From the NCBI GenBank assembly GCA_039798785.1, contig JBDKFG010000031.1:1-52623 (forward strand): a DNA stretch of 52,623 nucleotides, read 5' to 3'. The stretch's first letter is position 1. Each line of letters starts with the position of its first letter. The DNA comes from Verrucomicrobiota bacterium (lineage in GTDB: Bacteria > Verrucomicrobiota > Lentisphaeria > Lentisphaerales > Lentisphaeraceae). Below the pieces are notes generated by a model. The model was given only the letters and a program-made list of their open reading frames with translations, was not told where the DNA came from and made no database searches. Position numbers and translations under genes: made by a program. Positions 45,959 through 52,623 of this stretch are shown here, piece by piece.

Positions 45959-47677
45959 TCAGCGGACGCGATAGAGGCCGAGGGTTCTCTTGCGGTATTT
46001 GATCGTTTCGATCTTCTCGAGCTTGAGCTGGGCGAGAAGCGCCTGCATCGCGGCGTTCTCGCTGGCGAGGATCCAGCGGCTCCGTCCGAGTCTTTCGGCG
46101 GCCTGGGCGCCATCAAGCTCGCCGCTGGCGCGATGCTGGCCGCCGAAGCGCCAGCTTGAGCCGGCCTCTCGTCCGTTGAGAAACAGCACTGGGCGCTTCT
46201 TCAAATCGAACAGGAATGGCGAGCCGAGGCCGACGTCGCAGAGGATGAGCTCCTCCCGGGCGGGAAGAGCGAGGAGCCGGGCCGCCAGATCCTTTTCCTG
46301 CGAAGAACGCTGCTGCGCCAGGACCGGCTGGAAGGAGCTGACCAGGGCGAGCACCGCGGCGAGACTCAGAGCCAGCTTCCAGCTGGCGAGCAAGGAGGAT
46401 TTTGACGCGGAGCGATCGAAGACGAGCCGGAGCGCCAGGGCGAGGAGGAGGAGGGAGACGCACGCGAGCAGCCCCCAGGCTTGGCCGAAGTGGGCGGCGG
46501 CGGCGGGGAGCGGACGCCAGAGGGCCACAGCTTGGTAAATCGCCGCGGCCAGGAGGGTGGGAATGAGCAGGCGGAGAGCCCAGGCGCTGCCGGTCTGCAG
46601 CCTTGTCCAGAGCCGGGGGAATGGAGGGCGCTCGAGACCGAGCTGGAGGGCGACGATGACGAGCAAGGGCGGCAGTGCCGGCATCAGATAGCGGCCCTTG
46701 GTCAAGGGCATGAGCAGGATCGCGGCGAGGAAGATCAGCACGGCCAGCCGTCCGCCACGGACCAGGGCGGCAGGGGCGGCCGCCGCCGGGATCTGGCGCC
46801 ACAGCAGCGGCAGCAGCAGCAGCCAGGGGAGGAAGCTGCCGACACCGGAGCTGCTGCGCGACAGGTAGTCGCGGAACTTGAAGACCTTGCCGTTTTCCGA
46901 GTTGGTGAGGAGACGCTGGCTGAGCTCGGTCCACCAGACCTGGAAGGTGCTGCCGTCGCTGCTGGCGGCGACACCGCTCGGCGGGCTTTGTGTCTGTCGC
47001 AGCAGCAGCCAGGCGGCGAAGAGGCTGAAGGCGAGGGCGAGGCCGAGGTAGAAGCCGGGTGCCTTGAGTTCCGCCTTGAGCTCTCCGGCGGCGCGGAGGA
47101 CGAGCAGGGTGAAGAGGAGGTAGAGCAGGAGGGCCGCCGGCCCCTTGAGGAGGAGGGCGCCGCCGAGGAAAAGTCCTGGCAGGAGCCAGAGGCCGGCGCC
47201 GCGGCGGCCGCCGCAGAAGGCTTCGCACCAGAGCAGCAAGGCGAGGCCGCTGACGCTGGCGTAGGCGCAATCTATGCCGCATTGACGGGCCTGTGACCAG
47301 CAGGGGATGGAGGCAAGCAGGGCGAGTGCGGCGAGGTCGCGCGCCCGCGGGCTGAGCCAGGCACCCCGGCCGAGGGCGAGGACGAGAACCAGCAGCAGCA
47401 GCGGCAGCGAAGAAGGCAGGCGGGCGCTGAACTCGGAGCCGCCGAAGCAGAGGAAGCTGCCGCAGACCATCCAGTTGAAGAGCGGCGGCTTGCGCTCGTA
47501 GGCTTCGCCCTCGAAGACCGGGTTCATCCAGTCGCCGCTTTCCAGCATCGCCTGCGCCGGAAAGACCCGGCGGGTTTCGTCGTAGCCGAATTCTGGCACT
47601 CCGAGATTGACCAGATGCAGGGCCACCCAGGCGGAGAGGAGCAGGAGGACGGTTTTCCAGCGAGGCATCTGCGGCAT
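45959..47677 (-). CDS. ArnT/PMT (GT39/GT83)-like integral membrane glycosyltransferase
   Basis: DETRR...MLESGDW, KPPLFNW, SARLPS, LLKGP and RYLMP. Confidence 0.85.
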   Translation of the reverse strand: MPQMPRWKTVLLLLSAWVALHLVNLGVPEFGYDETRRVFPAQAMLESGDWMNPVFEGEAYERKPPLFNWMVCGSFLCFGGSEFSARLPSSLPLLLLVLVLALGRGAWLSPRARDLAALALLASIPCWSQARQCGIDCAYASVSGLALLLWCEAFCGGRRGAGLWLLPGLFLGGALLLKGPAALLLYLLFTLLVLRAAGELKAELKAPGFYLGLALAFSLFAAWLLLRQTQSPPSGVAASSDGSTFQVWWTELSQRLLTNSENGKVFKFRDYLSRSSSGVGSFLPWLLLLPLLWRQIPAAAAPAALVRGGRLAVLIFLAAILLMPLTKGRYLMPALPPLLVIVALQLGLERPPFPRLWTRLQTGSAWALRLLIPTLLAAAIYQAVALWRPLPAAAAHFGQAWGLLACVSLLLLALALRLVFDRSASKSSLLASWKLALSLAAVLALVSSFQPVLAQQRSSQEKDLAARLLALPAREELILCDVGLGSPFLFDLKKRPVLFLNGREAGSSWRFGGQHRASGELDGAQAAERLGRSRWILASENAAMQALLAQLKLEKIETIKYRKRTLGLYRVR

Positions 47678-47769
47678 TCCCTAATTTGTTGCCGGGCGAG
47701 GATAGCTCCCGGCTCTCTGGTGGCTCGATGTACAGGATGAAATCGCGGTGAAATCCGCCGCCTGGATCT

Positions 47770-48855
47770 TCAATGCTGCTGCAACATCGAGACTCCGCCG
47801 AAGACCAGGGCGATGACGATGAGGCCGAAGACGACGGCGGCGCAGATCTTCCAGGCCGACCAGGGGCGCTCGCCTTGAACCTCGCCGGTGATCGCGTTGA
47901 CCGCGATCTTGTAGACCTTGTCGCCGTGGCGGTAATTCATGTACCAGACCGGCAGGAGGATGGCTTTGCAGCTCATGTCGTACCAGCGCGACTGCTGGGT
48001 GGCGATGATTTGTTCGTCGCCGCCGATGTCATCCTTGACCGAGGCGGTGATGGTGGCGGCGGCGAGGTCGCGGGCTTCGGCGAAGGCCTTGGGCAGGGGC
48101 AGGCCGTGGGCGCGGGCGGTGAAGCCGGCGAGATAGCTGGGATCGTAAGGGACGAGGTCGCTGAGCTTCCAGGGTTCGAGGGCGCGGGCATAGGAACGCG
48201 GCAGATCGGTGGGGGCGGCGACGATCAGGATGTCGTCGAAGCTGTTGGTGACTTCCCCTGAGGCGGGGTACCAGCGGGTGCGGCGAACCTGGCGGGTCTG
48301 ACGGTTGCCCTGCGAGTCGGTGTAGGATTCGGTGTCCCAGTAGTGTTCGCCGCGGGAGCCGGTGTAGCGGGTGTCGACTTCGGCGTCGATGGTCCAGTGC
48401 GGCAGGTAATGGCCGAGCAGCTGGGCCTTGACCCGGGCGAGATCCTCGAGGCTGTTGGGGGCGAACCAGCGGCTGCTGATCCAGTTGCGGTAGGATTGCA
48501 GCGCCGCCTTCTGGTCGAGGCGGAAGGGCAGCAGGGCTTGCGGCAGGATGGCCCGGGCTTCTTCCGGCTTGCGTTGGTAAGGGGTCTGACAGAAGCCGCA
48601 TTGGCCGCTCAAGACCGAGTCGGAAATGCTGAAACTGGCGGCGCAGCTCCGGCATTGATACTGGACCTCGGCGTAGCTGCCGTCGAAATCCCCTTCGAAC
48701 TCGACTTCGAGCTCGAAATCCTTCTCCTCCACCCGGGCTTCCGGGGCCGGCGCCGGGATGTCGTTCTTGCTGCCGCAATAAGGGCAGGCGAGGCTCTGCG
48801 CTCCGGGGGTGAAGCGGAGCGAGGCGCCACAGGAATTGCAGGGGAAGTCGGTCAT
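47770..48855 (-). CDS. Zinc-ribbon membrane protein (YdjG-like)
   Basis: Four CxxC pairs, LLPF, YLPHW, ILLPVW, VNAITGEVQGERP and a C-terminal TM. Confidence 0.8.
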   Translation of the reverse strand: MTDFPCNSCGASLRFTPGAQSLACPYCGSKNDIPAPAPEARVEEKDFELEVEFEGDFDGSYAEVQYQCRSCAASFSISDSVLSGQCGFCQTPYQRKPEEARAILPQALLPFRLDQKAALQSYRNWISSRWFAPNSLEDLARVKAQLLGHYLPHWTIDAEVDTRYTGSRGEHYWDTESYTDSQGNRQTRQVRRTRWYPASGEVTNSFDDILIVAAPTDLPRSYARALEPWKLSDLVPYDPSYLAGFTARAHGLPLPKAFAEARDLAAATITASVKDDIGGDEQIIATQQSRWYDMSCKAILLPVWYMNYRHGDKVYKIAVNAITGEVQGERPWSAWKICAAVVFGLIVIALVFGGVSMLQQH

Positions 48856-48859
48856 TTTT

Positions 48860-48894
48860 GAATTAAGAATTAAGAATTAAGAGTTAAGAATTGA
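48860..48894. repeat. Heptamer tandem (GAATTAA)x5, imperfect
   Basis: Read directly; lies over the ribosome-binding region of the zinc-ribbon gene. Confidence 0.85.
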
Positions 48895-48913
48895 GCTGCA
48901 GAAGCAGGGAGCT

Positions 48914-49267
48914 TCAGACTTCGATCTCTTCGCCGTCGAGAATGAACTTCTCTCCCTTGAGATCATCCCGCCAGACATCGATGGCGTTGCGGATGCGGTC
49001 TCTGCGGAGCTGAATCTGCGCATCAATGGTCTGCCTCTGCATCCGGATCACCGAGCCGAAGAGAGGAAGAATCGAAAGGCAGCCATTCCTCTGGCCAAAA
49101 CCTTCAAGGCTGGCTTTTGTCGCCTGATATTCCGAGATGGCGTTCCGCAAGTAGAGCAATTTCGCCTTGCGAACTTCCTGCGGAGCCATGCCCGACAGCC
49201 CGGCCGTGAAGAGCTGAAGTCGCTCCGCGGACATGGAATCGGTGTGATGATGCTGCATCGAACTCAA
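48914..49267 (-). CDS. Hypothetical protein
   Basis: Fills the gap between two co-oriented genes; lower GC than its neighbours; start uncertain. Confidence 0.5.
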   Translation of the reverse strand: MSSMQHHHTDSMSAERLQLFTAGLSGMAPQEVRKAKLLYLRNAISEYQATKASLEGFGQRNGCLSILPLFGSVIRMQRQTIDAQIQLRRDRIRNAIDVWRDDLKGEKFILDGEEIEV

Positions 49268-49276
49268 GCCTTATTT

Positions 49277-50422
49277 TCAGCCTGGAGGCGGCGGCGGCGG
49301 CACGGCGCTGGGCGGGGCGGAGAAGAGGCTGGCCAGTTCGGTGTTGGCGGCGGGGCTCCAGGCGGCGAGGCCGGCGCGCCAGACCGAGGTCGAGGCGTTG
49401 ATCTGGCCGGCGCGGATGGCGTCGCGCACTTGTTCACCGGTGTAGGGTCCGTAGGTCTGGCCGGCGACGGCGACATGCCAGGCGACGGCGGCGGCGGGGA
49501 GGGGAGGGGGCGTCGCGCCGAAGGCGGGCGGCGGGCCGACTTGGGCGGGAGCCGCGAAGCCGCTCTGCATCGCTCCCATCATCTGCTGGCCCATGGCGAC
49601 GCCGGCGCCGATGCCGATGCCGGCACCGGCGGCTCCACCGGGGTTGGCGGCGGCGAGGGAGATCGACTCGGCCGCCTGGAACTTGGTGTACTGGTCGAGA
49701 TTGCCGGCGAGACTCATCGAGCTGCGCTTGTCAAGGACCTTCTCGACTTCCGGCGGCAGGGCGATGTTCTCGACCAGGAATTTGGTGACGCTGACGCCGT
49801 ATTCCTTGAATTCGCTGTCGAGGCTGCTGGAGAGGGTCTTGGCCATCGCGTCCTGGTTGGCGGCGAGGTCGAGCACCGGGACGTTGAGGGTGGCGAGCTT
49901 GTTGGTGAAGCGGGCGATGATGATGTCGCGGAGCTGGCCGGCGATCTGTTCGCCGTCGATCTCGGTGTCGGTGCCGATGACTTCTTTGAGGAAGGCCTTG
50001 GCTTCGGTGACCCGGTAGGCGAAGGTGCCGAAGGCGCGCAGGCGGACCGGGCCGAGCTCGGGGCAGCGGAGGGTGACGGGGTTGCGGGTGCCCCATTTCT
50101 GCTGCAGGATCTGGGTGGTGCGGATGAAATAGACTTCCGCGACGAAGGGCGAGTTGAAGCCGTATTTCCAGCCGGCGAGGGTGGAGAGGATGGGCAGGTT
50201 CGAGGTGCTCAGGGTGTGGCGGCCGGGGAGGAAGGCGTCGGCGAGCTGGCCTTCGCGGACGAAGATGGCGACCTGGCCCTCGCGGACGATCAGCTGGGCT
50301 TCGTTCTTGATCTCGTTCTGGTAGCGGGGGAAGCGGTAGGCGACGGTGTCTTTCTCCTCTTCCTTGGGGTTCCATTCGATGATGTCGATGAACTGGCTCT
50401 TGATGTTGTCCCAGAGTCCCAT
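49277..50422 (-). CDS. SPFH/band-7 domain protein with C-terminal GYF_2 domain (YdjI-like)
   Basis: QFIDIIEW, QLIVREGQVAIF, NLPILSTLAGWKYGFNSPF, VRLRAFG and GQTYGPY...VWRAGLAAW; SD AGGAGA. Confidence 0.88.
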   Translation of the reverse strand: MGLWDNIKSQFIDIIEWNPKEEEKDTVAYRFPRYQNEIKNEAQLIVREGQVAIFVREGQLADAFLPGRHTLSTSNLPILSTLAGWKYGFNSPFVAEVYFIRTTQILQQKWGTRNPVTLRCPELGPVRLRAFGTFAYRVTEAKAFLKEVIGTDTEIDGEQIAGQLRDIIIARFTNKLATLNVPVLDLAANQDAMAKTLSSSLDSEFKEYGVSVTKFLVENIALPPEVEKVLDKRSSMSLAGNLDQYTKFQAAESISLAAANPGGAAGAGIGIGAGVAMGQQMMGAMQSGFAAPAQVGPPPAFGATPPPLPAAAVAWHVAVAGQTYGPYTGEQVRDAIRAGQINASTSVWRAGLAAWSPAANTELASLFSAPPSAVPPPPPPG

Positions 50423-50640
50423 GATGTCTCTCCTTGGCTGATCGTGATGATTACGGATGGTGACGCGACAATACCCGGTCGAAACCCGTCAAGGCTTCCA
50501 TTATCGCCTTGGATTCGGAATCAGAAAGGAGAAGAAAAGAAAAACCTGCCGGAGGCAGAGGCCATCTCCAGTCACCCAGTCTCGTGATCTTTCGGTCGAC
50601 AGCTTCGCGGCAGGCGCTAATGTGGGCAGCGTTCAACCCC

Positions 50641-51189
50641 ATGGATCTCATCATGCGCCTGCTTCTCTGCCTCGGCACCGCCCTGCTCTTCAACTCCTGC
50701 GCGTCGCCCACAGCGATTCTCGATTCCCAGAAGGAGCTGCCGAACCGAGCCGCTCTCGCCAGCGCTTGGGTCGCCGAAGTTCCTGAGACCATTGAGAACA
50801 AGGTCGCCCAGTGGCAGACCTGCTTCGAAGTCCTCGACGAGGAGTTGGCGGAAGCGCAGGAAAAAGAAACCGTCATCCTCAAGCGTCTGACCCGCGCCAC
50901 CGACAAGGCGATGCGCCTGCAGATGGAGATCGCTTCGCGCGAGAAGCGCATCGCCCTGGTCGAGGCCGGCGATGACGTGGAGGACAAGGCGCGCAACCCG
51001 AAGCGCCAGGAACGGCTTGAGAAGCGCCGCGGCGAGCACCTCGAGGCTCTTGCCTTCGTCGAAAAGGTCCGGGCCGACCTCAAGGCCCAATCGGAAGTCT
51101 GCGACGCTCTTCGTCTTCGTCACGCCGCTGCCAAGCATGAGCTGCGCGAAGCCGCCGCGGCCCGCGACCTGCTCATCCCCCGCGATTGA
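50641..51189 (+). CDS. Coiled-coil lipoprotein, hypothetical
   Basis: Lipobox LLFNSC, then long charged helices. Confidence 0.65.
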   Translation: MDLIMRLLLCLGTALLFNSCASPTAILDSQKELPNRAALASAWVAEVPETIENKVAQWQTCFEVLDEELAEAQEKETVILKRLTRATDKAMRLQMEIASREKRIALVEAGDDVEDKARNPKRQERLEKRRGEHLEALAFVEKVRADLKAQSEVCDALRLRHAAAKHELREAAAARDLLIPRD

Positions 51190-51207
51190 AATAGCGGCAT
51201 GGAACCG

Positions 51208-51376
51208 GCTGAAAGGTTCAAAAGTTGAAAGGCAAGCTCATGCGCGATGGCGACAAACGATTGAAGGGCAAACGTCGAAAAGGCAGGCTGCCTTCTTGTC
51301 GATCCGCGATGGCGGTCTCAGATCTTGATTGTCACCGTTCAACCTTTCAGCCTTTCAACTTTTCAACCTTTCAACT
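51208..51376. repeat. Element bounded by inverted octamer arrays
   Basis: Three GTTGAAAG-like units at 51208-51232 face about five TTTCAACC-like units at 51338-51376. Confidence 0.75.
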
Positions 51377-51388
51377 CCGGGCCCGGGA

Positions 51389-52357
51389 ATGACCCTCGAC
51401 GAGCTCCGCCGCCGCCATGCCGCCACCCTCGACCGGGTCAATTCCCTCATCCGCGCCGAACTCGCTTCCGACGCTCCCCAGGTCGAAGACCTGCGCCAGG
51501 CGGTGGAACGCGGCCGCGGCAAGCAGATCCGGCCCCTTCTCGTCGCTGAGATCTCGCGCGTCTTCGGACGCGAACAGGACGCCTGCCTGATCGGCGCCGT
51601 GGCCGAATCCATCCATTGCGCCAGCCTGGTGCACGACGACATCATCGACCGCTGCGCTCTGCGCCGCGGACAGGCGACGATGAACTCCTTGCACGGCGAT
51701 GCCGGCGCCCTGCTGCTCGGCGACCTCCTCTTCACCGCCGTCTTCAGTCTCGCCGCCCGCCAGGGCGAGTCCTGGCTCTGCGCCGAGGCGGCCAGGACGA
51801 TCAAGGTTCTTTGCGAAGGCGAGCTCCTGCAGCAGGCCTGCCGCGGCCGGGTCGCGACCCCGGTTTCCCGCTACGAGGAGGTGATCCGCCGCAAGACCGC
51901 CGCCTTGCTCGAATTCGCCGCCTACGCCGCCGGGCGCAGCGCCGGCGCCTCCCTTGCCGCCCAGGGCGAATTGCGCGCCTTTGCCACCAGCCTGGGACTG
52001 ATCTTCCAGATCGCCGACGATATCGCCGACTTCCGCAAGGCTGGTCAGGCGGACGAGAAGGATCGCGGCGTCGATGCCGCCAACGGTTTCCTTACCCTGC
52101 CCTGGCTGCTTCTCCTGCAGCAAGCCGACGCCGGCGAACGAGCCTGGCTAGGCGCTGCCCTCGCCTCCGGCCGTCCCCTCGGTCTTGGCCAGCCGGAGGT
52201 CGCCGCCTTGGCGCAGAGACATCAACTTGACGCGGCCCTTGCCGCCGCCGTCGCGCCGCATCGGCAGCGGGCCGAAGATGCCCTGCGCCGCCTCGGCGCC
52301 GAGATCGACACCGGCGGTCTGCAGGCCTTCCTCCAGGCCACTCTCGCGGCCTTGTGA
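51389..52357 (+). CDS. Polyprenyl diphosphate synthase (IspB/HepT-like)
   Basis: GKQIRP, SLVHDDIID...RRG, GDLL, KTA and FQIADD. Confidence 0.92.
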   Translation: MTLDELRRRHAATLDRVNSLIRAELASDAPQVEDLRQAVERGRGKQIRPLLVAEISRVFGREQDACLIGAVAESIHCASLVHDDIIDRCALRRGQATMNSLHGDAGALLLGDLLFTAVFSLAARQGESWLCAEAARTIKVLCEGELLQQACRGRVATPVSRYEEVIRRKTAALLEFAAYAAGRSAGASLAAQGELRAFATSLGLIFQIADDIADFRKAGQADEKDRGVDAANGFLTLPWLLLLQQADAGERAWLGAALASGRPLGLGQPEVAALAQRHQLDAALAAAVAPHRQRAEDALRRLGAEIDTGGLQAFLQATLAAL

Positions 52358-52547
52358 GGGGGTCGAGGTGCAAGTGATCCTGCGCGACGGCAGCCTCCTT
52401 GGCGACGGTGCTGTCGCAAGCCCCCCCCCCACACTGGTCGAACCCAAGGCGAGGCGACGCACATCATCATGCCGATGAGGAATTGAAGACAGCTCCACGG
52501 GGGTTTTGCATACACGTTTTGCGTACAGATAGTGTTTCCGGGCATGA

Positions 52548-52581
52548 AGAAGGGCTTGCAGATTTCTCTGCAAGCCCTTCT
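52548..52581. terminator. Hairpin downstream of the tRNA
   Basis: AGAAGGGCTTGCAGA-tttc-TCTGCAAGCCCTTCT. Confidence 0.7.
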
Positions 52582-52592
52582 CGTTCAATATG

Positions 52593-52623
52593 TGGTAGCG
52601 AAGGCGGGACTCGAACCCGCAAG
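52593..52623 (-). tRNA. 3' end of a tRNA, probably Leu (anticodon outside the window)
   Basis: Minus strand CTTGCGGGTTCGAGTCCCGCCTTCGCTACCA: T-arm, acceptor 3' strand, discriminator A and encoded CCA. Confidence 0.85.

Noticed and set aside
49244..50587. 447-aa plus-strand ORF
   Set aside because: Antisense shadow of the SPFH gene
52421..52430. C10 tract as a phase-variation switch
   Set aside because: Lies between convergent 3' ends with no supported gene or promoter

Overview
High-GC bacterial chromosomal segment, probably PVC superphylum/Lentisphaerae-like (inference from the gene families and the Gly-less RFTLIE pilin). It holds about 40 real CDSs, and many long ORFs in the track are antisense shadows. 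Housekeeping genes: glgA, tatD, cyclophilin, dprA, rsgA, ndk, accA, tyrA-dxs, dnaX, ldhA, recR and a polyprenyl synthase. RNA genes: the SRP 4.5S RNA upstream of dnaX and the 3' end of a tRNA at the right edge. Highlights: (1) dnaX is split at an A10 run, so the genomic frame gives a 423-aa gamma-like product and full-length tau (about 757 aa) needs a -1 shift or one added A. (2) A six-gene operon encodes a Cys-motif membrane protein, a tandem ModA lipoprotein with Cys in its second anion site, a MoaD/ThiS sulfur carrier, a HesA-type E1, and a MacB/LolD-type ABC pair instead of ModBC; this is the best candidate for an undescribed metal/sulfur system. (3) A candidate sRNA or attenuator with a CCUCCCUCCCC loop precedes an HtrA-DJ-1/PfpI fusion. 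(4) Dense 7-10-mer tandem repeats and REP-like palindromes sit at gene junctions, and some are translated into protein termini. No CRISPR array or intact IS is seen.
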